From contig CAZYQK010000002.1 of NCBI GenBank assembly GCA_964650245.1, positions 1 to 53,983 of the forward strand: a stretch of 53,983 nucleotides of DNA, given 5' to 3'. Shown piece by piece: positions 1-8,556 of the stretch. The stretch is from an uncultured bacterium (GTDB lineage Bacteria > Eisenbacteria > RBG-16-71-46). Position numbers and translations under genes: made by a program. A model generated the notes under the pieces. That model made no database searches. It was not told the DNA's origin and worked only from the letters and a program-made list of their open reading frames with translations. Position 1 is the first letter of the stretch, and each line of letters opens with the position of its first letter.

Positions 1-1087
1 GGTACTCGAGGATGCGCTCCTTGATCTTCTCGAGGCCGTAGTGGTCCTCGTTGAGCACCCCGCGCGCGCGCTTGGGATCGAGATCGTCCTCGGTCGCGAT
101 CGCCCACGGCATGTCGCACAGCCACTCGAGGTAGGTGCGCGACACCGTGTACTCGGCGGCCTGGGGCGGGATGCGCTGGAGCCGCGATAGCTCGCGATCG
201 GCCTCCTTGCGCACCTCGGGCGGCATCTGCGCCTTCTCGATCTTCGCCTTGAGCTCCTCGATCTCGCGCTGCGTGTCGTCGGTCTCGCCCAGCTCCTTGC
301 GGATCGCGTCCATCTGCTGGCGCAGCAGGAATTCCTTCTGGTGCTGGTCGATCGACTCACGCACCGTCTCCTGGATCTGCTGGCCGACCTCGAGCACCTG
401 GAGCTCGCGCGCCAGCACCTCGGTCAAGTGCGTGAGGCGCTGCTTGACGTCAAGCGTCTCGAGCAGCTTCTGCTTGTCCTCGGCGGGCAGGTCGAGCAGC
501 GAGGCGATGAAGTCGGCGACCCGCCCCGGGCCCTGCTGATTGCGCGCGGCGGCCGCGGCCTCGTCCGGCACGTTGGGCATGAGCGACACCACCCGCTCGA
601 ACTGGGAGACCACGGTCTTGACCAGCGCCTCGGTCTCGACGTCCTCGGCGACCGTCTCCGCCAGGCTCTCGACCCGCACCGTCAGGTAGGGCTCGTCGCT
701 CACCACCGCCTTGATGCGCACGCGCGCCACGCCCTGGATAAGCACCGAGAGTCGATCCTCGGCGACGCGCACCATGCGCAGCACCGTGCCCGCAGAGCCG
801 ACGTCGTAGAGATCGGTAGCACCCGGCTCCTCGAGCTGCCCGTCGCGCTGCGCCACCACCGCGATGGTGCGATCGCCGGCCATCACCGCGTTGAGCAGCG
901 CGATGCTCTTCGGGCGGCCGATGTTGAGCGGCAGGATGGCGAGCGGGAACAAGACGGTGTGCCGGACCGGGAGCACCGGCAGGTCGCGGTTGCCGGATCT
1001 CTTGAGCCGGATGATGGGAAAGGCCCGGGCCCTGGGCTTCCTGCGGTCGCGCTTCTGGTTCTTGTCGTTCTTGTCGCGCGTGGCCAT
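1..1087 (-). CDS. lon: Lon protease, N-terminal part (gene continues past the left edge)
   Basis: The minus-strand frame stays open to position 1, so it is absent from the ORF track. My translation from ATG 1087..1085 reads MATRDKNDKNQKRDRRKPRARAFPIIRLKRSGNRDLPVLPVRHTVLFPLAILPLNIGRPKSIALLNAV...HQKEFLLRQQMDAIRKELGE...LNEDHYGLEKIKERILEY. This is the typical Lon N-terminal domain plus the helix leading into the AAA+ module. The start overlaps the hsp20 stop (TGATG). Confidence 0.85.
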   Translation of the reverse strand, partial: MATRDKNDKNQKRDRRKPRARAFPIIRLKRSGNRDLPVLPVRHTVLFPLAILPLNIGRPKSIALLNAVMAGDRTIAVVAQRDGQLEEPGATDLYDVGSAGTVLRMVRVAEDRLSVLIQGVARVRIKAVVSDEPYLTVRVESLAETVAEDVETEALVKTVVSQFERVVSLMPNVPDEAAAAARNQQGPGRVADFIASLLDLPAEDKQKLLETLDVKQRLTHLTEVLARELQVLEVGQQIQETVRESIDQHQKEFLLRQQMDAIRKELGETDDTQREIEELKAKIEKAQMPPEVRKEADRELSRLQRIPPQAAEYTVSRTYLEWLCDMPWAIATEDDLDPKRARGVLNEDHYGLEKIKERILEY

Positions 1088-1533
1088 CAGTGGCCCTTCT
1101 TTTCCTGGATCGGGATCTCGGTCGGCCCCGCCACCGGCACCGGACGCACGTGAATCTCGAGCATGCCGTGGCGGTGGTGCGCCTCGATGCTGTCGGCATC
1201 GGCCTCCCACGGCAGCTCGATGGTGCGCAGGAAGTCTCCGAAATAGATCTCGGCGCGGTGGTAGTGCGCGCCGCCGGGCTCGATCGGCGGGCTGCGCCGC
1301 CCGGTCACCTCGAGCGTGCGGCCCCGGATCGTGACGCGCACGCTCTCGCGCGACACGCCGGCCAGCTCGAGCAGGACGCGCGCCTCGCACTCCGACACCA
1401 CCAGGTCGGCGGACGGCGTCCAGGTGGGCTCGGCGAAGTGGGACGAGGGATGGCGGTGATAGACCAGGTCGCGGAACAGGCGCTCGACCTCGCGCTGCAG
1501 GCTTTCGAGCGGATCGTCGGGGCTACGGCTCAT
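1087..1533 (-). CDS. Hsp20/alpha-crystallin family small heat-shock protein
   Basis: 148-aa ORF with the alpha-crystallin core pattern (PSADLVVSECEARVLLELAGVSRESVRVTIRGRTLEVTGRR...FLRTIELPWEADADSIEAHHRHGMLEIHV). Its stop overlaps the lon start by 1 nt. Confidence 0.85.
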   Translation of the reverse strand: MSRSPDDPLESLQREVERLFRDLVYHRHPSSHFAEPTWTPSADLVVSECEARVLLELAGVSRESVRVTIRGRTLEVTGRRSPPIEPGGAHYHRAEIYFGDFLRTIELPWEADADSIEAHHRHGMLEIHVRPVPVAGPTEIPIQEKKGH

Positions 1534-1644
1534 GGCAGGTCTCGAGGCGGCCCCGGTCTCATGGAGCGGCCGTTGACGGACGAAGCCTAGCGCAGGGCGG
1601 GGCGGCGCACAAAGCGCGGGGTGGGGCGGGCGCGTGCGGCGGGG

Positions 1645-1827
1645 CTAGTACCCCTGCGTCCAGTTGTGCACGGTGCGCGTCATGGTGAGGCTGGCGATCC
1701 GGCAGCTCTCGAGGAACGCCGCCGAGTTGGGCCAGCCGTGCCTGCCGCAGGAGCACATCAGGCGGCCGCTGGGCTTCTCGACCACCGTGCAGGGCTTGTC
1801 GTCGTGGGTCTTGCAGAAGGGGCACAT
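1645..1827 (-). CDS. small Cys-rich zinc-ribbon-like protein (hypothetical)
   Basis: 60-aa ORF MCPFCKTHDDKPC...MCSCGRHGW with CxxC and CxC pairs. Third codon positions are G/C-rich like neighbouring genes. An AGGAG lies 9 nt upstream of the ATG on the minus strand. Confidence 0.5.
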   Translation of the reverse strand: MCPFCKTHDDKPCTVVEKPSGRLMCSCGRHGWPNSAAFLESCRIASLTMTRTVHNWTQGY

Positions 1828-2004
1828 GCTCGAATGCTCCTCTCGATACCGTCGGCGCAGAATAGCGCGCGGCGCGGCTCGGGCTCAAACCGGGCGTTCG
1901 GCCCGGCACACGCCGCGCTCGTCGGCGCCATGTTCGGACGCCCGGCACGGCCGGGTATGTTTCGCGCCGCGAGTACAGGGTGCCGGTCAGAAGGAGGAGC
2001 CATC

Positions 2005-2469
2005 ATGGACATGCCGAAGCCGGGTGATGCGCATCGTCGCCTCGAAAAGCTGGTGGGCAAGTGGAGTGGCGAGGAGCGCCTCGCCCCGTCGCCGTGGGAT
2101 CCCGCGGGTGGCACCGCGGTCGGTCGCATGAACAACCGCCTCGCGCTCGACGGCTTCGTCGTGGTCCAGGACTACGAGCAGGAGCGCAACGGGACCGTCG
2201 GGTACCGCGGCCACGGCGTCTTCAGCTGGGACGCCACCGAGAGCCGCTACGTGCTTCACTGGTTCGACTCGATCGGAGCGCCGCCGAACGACTTTCGCGG
2301 AGGCTTCGAGGGCGACGTGCTGACCCTGACCGGCAAGCACGGGCCCGGCCAAGCTCGCGTCGTGTTCGATGTGCGCGAGCCCGGCCGCTACCGGTTTCGC
2401 ATGGAAGGGACGCAGGACGGGGCGAGCTGGATGACCTTCATGGAAGGGGACTACGCGAAGAAGTTGTAA
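2005..2469 (+). CDS. DUF1579-family protein
   Basis: Internal ATG at 2005 of ORF 1621..2469, preceded by AAGGAGGAG (1991..1999). The translation MDMPKPGDAHRRLEKLVGKWSGEERL...ALDGFVVVQDYEQERNG...GHGVFSWDATESRYVLHWFDS matches my recollection of the DUF1579 pattern. Confidence 0.7.
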   Translation: MDMPKPGDAHRRLEKLVGKWSGEERLAPSPWDPAGGTAVGRMNNRLALDGFVVVQDYEQERNGTVGYRGHGVFSWDATESRYVLHWFDSIGAPPNDFRGGFEGDVLTLTGKHGPGQARVVFDVREPGRYRFRMEGTQDGASWMTFMEGDYAKKL

Positions 2470-2483
2470 AGCGGGCGCCCCGC

Positions 2484-5400
2484 CTACTCGGCTTCGATCT
2501 TCTCCCGCCTCAGCACCGCCTCGAGCCGCGGCAGAAACGGCCCCAGCCTGCCCGCCGGATCGAACAGCGTCGCGGGCGGACGTTTCCGCAGGCGCCAGTA
2601 TCGGTAGTCGATCACCGACGACATGTTGAGCTGAACCTGATCGAGCTTCACGCGCTTCGGCAGCCACAGGTCACCGAAACGAGTGGCCTCGAGCACCGCG
2701 TAGCGCTTGACGGGACGCAGGTCGGGGTCCGCGAACTCGATGCGCGCGACCAGCCGCCGCGCGCGATCGATCCCGATCCGAAGCCGCCCGTAGCCCAGGT
2801 GCTTGCGCAGCGAGTCGGCGACCGGCGTGGCCACGATCCAGAGCGTGTCGTCGCTCGAATCGCGGGCCGCGGAGTCGCTCTCGAAGCGATAGAGGCTGGT
2901 CGGGATGTAGCCGCGCGAGTCGAGGTAGCTGAGCGTGGTACCCGGCACCAGGAGCCTGAGCCCCGCGGCGCTCACCCGCCACATGCTCCTGAACGAGGGC
3001 AGGAAGAGCCACGTCGAATCGGCCTCGCGCGGCGCGTCGAAGCGCATGAGCAGGGTGGCGCCCTTCATGGTCTCGGGGCTCATGAAGGTGTAGATCAGGT
3101 GCCCCGCGTCCGGGTCGCGGGCGAGCACGCCCCAGCTCGAGCGCTCGAGCACCTGCCCGGAGGAGTACGTCGTGTGCACGTCCATGCGCAGCGCGCGCGG
3201 CGTGCGCAGGAACTCGCGCTCGAGCGAGCGCATGAACTGTTCCGCGGCCGGGCCACTCGCGGCGCCCGTATCGCGCGCCGCCTCTCGGACGGCCGCGGCT
3301 TCGGCACGCACCGGCCACAGCAGCAGCAGCACGAGCGGCGCGGCCTTCAAGCCCCGCACCAGCCACGGCAGGAAGACCAGTGTCGCGGCGTAGCAGCCGA
3401 ACATCGCGGCCGCCAGCAGCAGCCCGAGATTCCGGTTGGGCGGGATGCGCGAGAGCGTGAGCGCCAGGAATCCCAGCGTCACCACCAGCGCGTTCCAGCG
3501 GATGGCGCGCCCGGTGCGCGCGAGCGTGGCCTCCAGCGCCAGGCGCAGCGATTCGCGGCGGGCGACCTCGATCCGGTACTGGTAGACGAAGTGCAGAGCG
3601 AAGTCCACGCCCACCCCGACCGCGAGCCCCGCGAACATGCTGGTGGCGATCCCGAGCGGAACGCGCGCGTAGCCCATCGCGCCGAACAGCGCCAGCGCGG
3701 TGGCGCTCACCGGCACCAGCGCGATCCACGCCGCGCGGCCGCGCGGGTAGACCAGCCACAGCAGGAGCCCGATGCCGAGCAGGCTCCAGCCGATCGAGCG
3801 CAGCTGGTTCACGACGATGGCGCGCACCACCTCGAGCGCCACCGGCAGGTCGCCGCTCACGTGCGTCTTCGCATGCGCAGCTTCGAGCAGCGGCGTCAGC
3901 GCGCGCTCCAGGTAGCGCCGGAGTGAATCCGCGCGCTGGTAGTTGGGGCTGTTGACGAAGATGCGCGCCCGCGCCCGCGCGCCGTCGCGGGTGAGGAGCT
4001 GGTGGAGCCCGCCGGCGTCGGGCGAAGACTCTGCGATCGCCACCAGCTCGCCGATCTGGCCCGGCTCGAGGCCCGCGAGCGGCTCCTCGCGGCCCAGCGT
4101 GCGCTCGATCTGGCCGAGCGGCTCGAGGTAGCTGAGCACGCCGCCTGCGTGCGGGGCGCCGCGCGCGACGCGCGCCACGTCGCTCATGAGCCCCGCGCCC
4201 TCCGGACCCAGGAATCGCCCGGGCTCGGCTTCCAGCACCACGTCGAAGCGATAGCTCCCCCAGAATCGCGCGTTGAACTCGCGGTCGGCGGCGACCAGCG
4301 GTGTCGCGGGGTCGAAGTTGTCCATCCACGCGTCCTGGACGCGCAGCCTGAACGGCCCCGGCACGCAGAGCGCGAGCACCAGTATTCCCAACACGAAGAC
4401 GCGCTTCGGCGCGCGGGCCACCGCGGCCTCGAACCCGGTCAAAGCGTGCAGGTCGCGAACCCGCCCGATGCGCACGGTGCGGAACCACGAGAGCGGCAGC
4501 AGCATGGCGAGCGCGGGCATGAAGCTGAAGGACAGCAGCATCGCGAGCAGGATGCCGGCGCCGGCGGCGAGGCCAAACGCGCGCAGCGGCTCGATCGAGG
4601 CCGAGAGGAACGAGAGGAAGCCGATCGCGGTGGTGACGGCGGCGCCGATGATGGGCCAGCGCACGTCGCGCAGTCCGGCGAGCAGCGCTTCGCGCAGGCG
4701 CTCGCGCGTCGGCGCGGCGCCGGTCGTAGCACCCGTGGCAAGCTCGTCCTGCACGCGCTCCAGCACGTGGATTTCGTCGGTAATCGCGGTGGACATGAGG
4801 ATCACGGGCAGGATGGTGGTGACGAGCGTGATCGGCAGGCCGAGGTATCCCATCGCGCCGAAGGTCCAGGCCAGCACCACCAGTGCCTCGGTCATGGGCA
4901 GCACCACGCCCGCGATCGAGCGCAGGCTCACCAGTAGCAGCAGCCCCATGAGCGCGATCATGAGCGGGACGAACGCCGCGAGGTCGGCGAGCACCAGGGC
5001 GCCGAGCTTCACTTCCGCCACCAGCGGGCCCGTGAGCCGCAGGTCGAACTCGCCGGTGCGGCGCTCGGAGGCCCAGCGCTCGAGCCGCGCGACGAACGCC
5101 GGCCGCCGCTCGCCGCTCGCCATCGAGACGTAGATCGCGGCGGCACGCCCATCGCGGGCGAGCAGCAGCCCATCCACGACCGGCTTCGTGCGCAGCCGCT
5201 CGAGCGTCGCGGCGAGCCGCGCGGGATCGTCCGGCACGCCGTCGAGCAGCGAGCCGATGGCCATCGCGCCGCCCTCGGAGCGCACGTCGAGCAGCGAGGC
5301 GATCGAAAGCGTCTGCGACCCGCTCACGCCCGGCAGCGCGACCAGCGAGCGGTGTGCGCCGGAGATGAATTCGAGGCCGGCGCGCGATGCCAGCGCCGGG

Positions 5401-5627
5401 CCTCCCGCGTGCGCGGTGACGAGGACGATCACCTGCTTCGGATCGTCGAAGGCCCGCTCGTCGGCCTCGCTGCGCTCGACCGTGGCGTTCCCGAGCGGGT
5501 AGATCGAAGCGCCGTCGGTCTTGAGCTCGAGCCGGGAGAGGCCGAGCCCGAGCGCCAGCGTGAGCACCAGCGTCGCCAGCACCCAGCGCCTGGGCTGCGC
5601 GAGCGCCAGGGCGATCAGTCGGGTCAT
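2484..5627 (-). CDS. MMPL/RND-type (sterol-sensing-domain) exporter fused to a C-terminal LolA-like outer-membrane-lipoprotein-sorting domain
   Basis: ORF 2484..5747. The likely start is the internal ATG at 5627 (MTRLIALALAQPRRWVLATLVLTL...), 4 nt after the GH1 stop. It shows two repeats of a large periplasmic loop plus a TM bundle, as in MMPL/HpnN-like exporters. The last ~290 aa (FMSPETMKGATLLMRFDAP...STWLFLPSFRSMWRVS...LSYLDSRGY...WLPKRVKL) resemble the LolA_like family. The two parts are joined by a hydrophobic stretch, KAAPLVLLLLWPVRAEA. Confidence 0.8.
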   Translation of the reverse strand: MTRLIALALAQPRRWVLATLVLTLALGLGLSRLELKTDGASIYPLGNATVERSEADERAFDDPKQVIVLVTAHAGGPALASRAGLEFISGAHRSLVALPGVSGSQTLSIASLLDVRSEGGAMAIGSLLDGVPDDPARLAATLERLRTKPVVDGLLLARDGRAAAIYVSMASGERRPAFVARLERWASERRTGEFDLRLTGPLVAEVKLGALVLADLAAFVPLMIALMGLLLLVSLRSIAGVVLPMTEALVVLAWTFGAMGYLGLPITLVTTILPVILMSTAITDEIHVLERVQDELATGATTGAAPTRERLREALLAGLRDVRWPIIGAAVTTAIGFLSFLSASIEPLRAFGLAAGAGILLAMLLSFSFMPALAMLLPLSWFRTVRIGRVRDLHALTGFEAAVARAPKRVFVLGILVLALCVPGPFRLRVQDAWMDNFDPATPLVAADREFNARFWGSYRFDVVLEAEPGRFLGPEGAGLMSDVARVARGAPHAGGVLSYLEPLGQIERTLGREEPLAGLEPGQIGELVAIAESSPDAGGLHQLLTRDGARARARIFVNSPNYQRADSLRRYLERALTPLLEAAHAKTHVSGDLPVALEVVRAIVVNQLRSIGWSLLGIGLLLWLVYPRGRAAWIALVPVSATALALFGAMGYARVPLGIATSMFAGLAVGVGVDFALHFVYQYRIEVARRESLRLALEATLARTGRAIRWNALVVTLGFLALTLSRIPPNRNLGLLLAAAMFGCYAATLVFLPWLVRGLKAAPLVLLLLWPVRAEAAAVREAARDTGAASGPAAEQFMRSLEREFLRTPRALRMDVHTTYSSGQVLERSSWGVLARDPDAGHLIYTFMSPETMKGATLLMRFDAPREADSTWLFLPSFRSMWRVSAAGLRLLVPGTTLSYLDSRGYIPTSLYRFESDSAARDSSDDTLWIVATPVADSLRKHLGYGRLRIGIDRARRLVARIEFADPDLRPVKRYAVLEATRFGDLWLPKRVKLDQVQLNMSSVIDYRYWRLRKRPPATLFDPAGRLGPFLPRLEAVLRREKIEAE

Positions 5628-5631
5628 GCGG

Positions 5632-6960
5632 TCAGAGCGCGAGGCCGACCTCGGCCACCACGTCGTGCGAGACGGCGTTCGCGCGCGCGATGCGCGCGTA
5701 GACGTCGGCACTCCGCGTGCGGTGGCGCGGCCGGTCGGGATGGTCAAAGTCCACGCGGTAGAGTCCGAAGCGGCCCCGGTAGCCGTCGGCCCACTCGAAG
5801 TTGTCGAGCAGCGACCAGTGAAAGTAGCCGAGCACCTGGACGCCGCGCTCGAGCGCGCGGCCCATGTGGAGCAGGTGCTCGACCAGCGCCCGGGGCCGGA
5901 ACGCGTCGCGCGCGTCCGCGAATCCGTTCTCGGTGACGAACACCGGCAGGCCGAGCCGGCCGACGCGCACCAGCGCCTGCTCGAACCCGCGCGGATGGAT
6001 CTCCCAGCCCAGGTCGTTGCGTGGAGCGCCGCGCCGCGTGACGTGCGAATCGGGCGCGAACATGCGCACCTTCCAGCGGGTGTAGTAGTTGAGCCCGAGC
6101 CAGTCGAGGCTCCCCTTCAGTTCGGGCACGCGACGCTTGACCGCAGGCGCCCCGGGGATCGAGAGCTCGATGTCGCCCGTGACCGGCGCCCGCAACACGG
6201 CCTCGTTGAAGACCGCGTCCTCGATATACGCCCGCAGCGCATCGAGCGGAAACCACCAGCGGTCCGATTCGAGCTGCGGCAGGTGCTTGGCGAACCCCAC
6301 CCTCGCGGGGTGGCCGTCGCCGTCGGCGTCGGTGCGATCTTCCTGGTGGATGATGCGGTAGGCGAGGCCGTGCGCCTCGAGCTGATGCCCGATCACCTGG
6401 AGCGCGGCGCCGTCGTCGCGCTTGCCGGGCGGCCACACGCCCTCGGACCAGCCGCGGAAGGCGAAGACCTCGGGCTCGTTCACCGTGCACCACCAGTCCA
6501 CCTCGCCCCCGAACTCGCGCGCGCAGAAGCGCGTGAAGGCGCAGAACTGATCCACCGTCTCGCGGTTCTCCCAGCCGCCGCGATCCGCGATCCACACCGG
6601 ATTGGTGAAGTGGTGGAGCGTGACGAGCGGCATGAGACCGTGGCGCTGAAGCGAGGCGAGCACCGCGTGGTAGTGCGCAACCGCCGCGGCGTCGATTTTT
6701 CCACGCTCCGGCTCGATCCGGCTCCACTCGAGCGAGAGCCGGTGCGCGTTGTGCCCGTCGGCGGCGGCCAGCGCGAAGTCCCGGTCGAAGAGTTCCCAGT
6801 GGCGGCAAGCCGCGCCGCTCACCGCTCCACCGTGGATCTTTCCCGGCAGCTGCTCGAAGCGCCACCAGTCGTTGCGGTCGTTCCCGCCTTCCACCTGGTG
6901 CGCGGAAGTCGCGCACCCCCAGCGGAAGCCGTCGGGAAAGCGGCGGACCACGCTGGTCAT
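5632..6960 (-). CDS. glycoside hydrolase family 1 beta-glucosidase (cytoplasmic, no signal peptide)
   Basis: 442-aa ORF with the GH1 hallmarks: FRWGCATSAHQVEGG, the TVNEP acid/base motif, the VTENG nucleophile motif and WSLLDNFEWADGY. Confidence 0.9.
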   Translation of the reverse strand: MTSVVRRFPDGFRWGCATSAHQVEGGNDRNDWWRFEQLPGKIHGGAVSGAACRHWELFDRDFALAAADGHNAHRLSLEWSRIEPERGKIDAAAVAHYHAVLASLQRHGLMPLVTLHHFTNPVWIADRGGWENRETVDQFCAFTRFCAREFGGEVDWWCTVNEPEVFAFRGWSEGVWPPGKRDDGAALQVIGHQLEAHGLAYRIIHQEDRTDADGDGHPARVGFAKHLPQLESDRWWFPLDALRAYIEDAVFNEAVLRAPVTGDIELSIPGAPAVKRRVPELKGSLDWLGLNYYTRWKVRMFAPDSHVTRRGAPRNDLGWEIHPRGFEQALVRVGRLGLPVFVTENGFADARDAFRPRALVEHLLHMGRALERGVQVLGYFHWSLLDNFEWADGYRGRFGLYRVDFDHPDRPRHRTRSADVYARIARANAVSHDVVAEVGLAL

Positions 6961-6967
6961 GCGCGAT

Positions 6968-7288
6968 TCAGGGCTGCCGCTTCGACAGCTCGTCCTCGAT
7001 CATGGCGCGGACCGCCATGGCCTGAGGGAAGCCGAGCGTGGTGATGCCGAGAATCCCGACGTGGCGGATGGCCTCGGGCGTGGCGCCGGCATCCAGCGCG
7101 CGGCGCACGTGGCTGTGGATCGCGCCCTCGATGCGCGCGCCGGCGGCGAGCGCCAGCTTCACCAGCTCGCACTCGGCGGGCCCGAGCGGCCCCGCGGCCC
7201 GCGTGGCCTCGCCCAGCGCTTCGTAGGCCTCGACCACCCGCGGGTGCGACTCGCGGAACGCGGCGTAGAACGACGGCGGCTTCGACAT
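6968..7288 (-). CDS. carboxymuconolactone decarboxylase (AhpD-like) family protein
   Basis: Internal ATG at 7288 of ORF 6968..7507, preceded by AAAGGAGGCG on the minus strand. The translation is MSKPPSFYAAFRESHPRVVEAYEALGEATRAAGPLGPAECELVKLALAAGARIEGAIHSHVRRAL. Its stop lies 7 nt before the GH1 start. Confidence 0.7.
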   Translation of the reverse strand: MSKPPSFYAAFRESHPRVVEAYEALGEATRAAGPLGPAECELVKLALAAGARIEGAIHSHVRRALDAGATPEAIRHVGILGITTLGFPQAMAVRAMIEDELSKRQP

Positions 7289-7385
7289 GGACGCCTCCTT
7301 TGCCGTGGGGCGGGCGTGGCCGCGAGCGACGCGGCGCCTTCGCCTGCGCGCGCCCGACGCGCGGGCCGCAGGGTAACATGGGGCC

Positions 7386-8267
7386 GTGCGTGGAATCGCG
7401 GTGCATCTCGGCGAGGGTTGGAAGCGCGCGGCCGATCCGGCGTGGCTCGAGGGCTGGACGCCGCGGCCCTTCGAGCTTCCCGGCGGGGCGACCGAGGTGG
7501 TCGTCATGGGCGAGGGACCGCCGCTGCTCCTGCTGCCGCCGCTGCCCGGCTACAAGGAGGCGTACGTCGCGTGCGCGGCGCTGCTCGCGCGCCGCTTCCG
7601 CGTCGTGACCTTCGACCTGCGCGCGGTGTTCGACCGGCGCCCGCGCTGGGAGACTCTGCTCGACGACCTCGGGCGCGTCGTCGACGCGTTCGCGCCCGGC
7701 CGCGCCGGCGTCGTGGGCCATTCGCTCGGCGGGGCGCTGGCCCAGCGCTGGGCGCTGGCGCAACCGGAGCGGGTCTCGGCGCTCGTGCTCTCGAGCGCGT
7801 TCGCGCGGGTCACGACGCCGCGCTCGCACTGGCGCGCGCGCTACCTGGAGCAGCCGCTGGTGCTCGCCGCGCTGCGCTGGCTGCCGGAGGCCCGGGCGCT
7901 TCGCTACGCCCGCGCGCTGGCCGCGCGCGGCGGCTGGGTGTTCGATCCGCGCTGCGACGAGCGCGTGCTCGAGCTGGTGCGCCACGCGGCACGGAACGTG
8001 TCCATCCGCCTCGCGCTGCAGCGCGTGTCGCTCGCGCTCGAGCACGACACGCGCGCCGAGCTGCCGCGAATCTCGTGTCCCACGCTGGTCGTGGTCGGCG
8101 AGCGAGAGACCGCCTTCGCGCGCGCGGCGGCGGACGAGTTGATGAGCCTCATCCCGGGTGCGGAGCGCGCCGAATCGCCAGGTGTCGGCCACTTGCACCC
8201 GCTCTCGAATGCGACGTGGTTCGCGGAGATAATCGGGGCGTGGGCGGGGGAGAGGCTCCGGACTTGA
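7386..8267 (+). CDS. alpha/beta-fold hydrolase
   Basis: 293-aa ORF with the nucleophile elbow GHSLGG, a late His (GVGHLHP) and the typical PLLLLPPLPG N-terminal strand. Confidence 0.8.
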   Translation: MRGIAVHLGEGWKRAADPAWLEGWTPRPFELPGGATEVVVMGEGPPLLLLPPLPGYKEAYVACAALLARRFRVVTFDLRAVFDRRPRWETLLDDLGRVVDAFAPGRAGVVGHSLGGALAQRWALAQPERVSALVLSSAFARVTTPRSHWRARYLEQPLVLAALRWLPEARALRYARALAARGGWVFDPRCDERVLELVRHAARNVSIRLALQRVSLALEHDTRAELPRISCPTLVVVGERETAFARAAADELMSLIPGAERAESPGVGHLHPLSNATWFAEIIGAWAGERLRT

Positions 8268-8298
8268 AGCCGCCCCGCGATGGTGCCACGCTTTACCC

Positions 8299-8556
8299 AT
8301 GCGTTGCTCGGTCACGCTGCATCGGGATGGTGCGGGCGTCGTCGCGCGCTGCCACGAGGTCCCGGCCGTCGAAGGCCGCGGCGCCACGGCGGGCGAGGCG
8401 GTGGAGAAGCTCCGCGCGTCGCTGCTCTTCTGGCTCGAGGCCTGCCCGTGCGACACCACGACCGGGCCCGGTCTCGTGCTCGAGGTCACGCAGGACCTGA
8501 CGCGCGCGCTGAGCGGCGCGCCAACGCCGGCTGACGACGCTCCGCCGTCGCGATGA
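8299..8556 (+). CDS. HicB-like / UPF0150-type antitoxin-fold protein, no partner toxin seen
   Basis: 85-aa ORF with G/C-rich third positions. The N-terminal pattern CSVTLHRDGAGVVARCHEVPAVEGRGATAGEAVEKLRASL resembles the HicB N-terminal fold. No Shine-Dalgarno sequence is visible. Confidence 0.45.
   Translation: MRCSVTLHRDGAGVVARCHEVPAVEGRGATAGEAVEKLRASLLFWLEACPCDTTTGPGLVLEVTQDLTRALSGAPTPADDAPPSR

Noticed and set aside
3297-3359. Calling the LolA-like region as a separate gene starting at GTG 3359.
   Set aside because: No stop codon terminates the MMPL frame before it, and no Shine-Dalgarno sequence precedes the GTG. It is therefore annotated as one fusion ORF. Internal initiation remains possible and is discussed in the findings.
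2061-4488. Long ORFs overlapping the called genes in other frames or on the other strand. Examples: 2061..3926 +, 2671..4488 -, 5521..7044 +, 6749..8500 +, 6957..8600 -, 10603..11868 -, 23182..24408 -, 23316..25760 +, 28643..30577 -, 31570..33105 -, 38511..40295 +, 39165..41099 N-terminal part, 47110..48936 -, 50594..52132 -, 52375..53742 -.
   Set aside because: Their translations are Arg/Ala/Gly/Pro-rich low-complexity strings, typical of non-coding frames in very GC-rich DNA. Each overlaps a gene whose translation carries clear family motifs.
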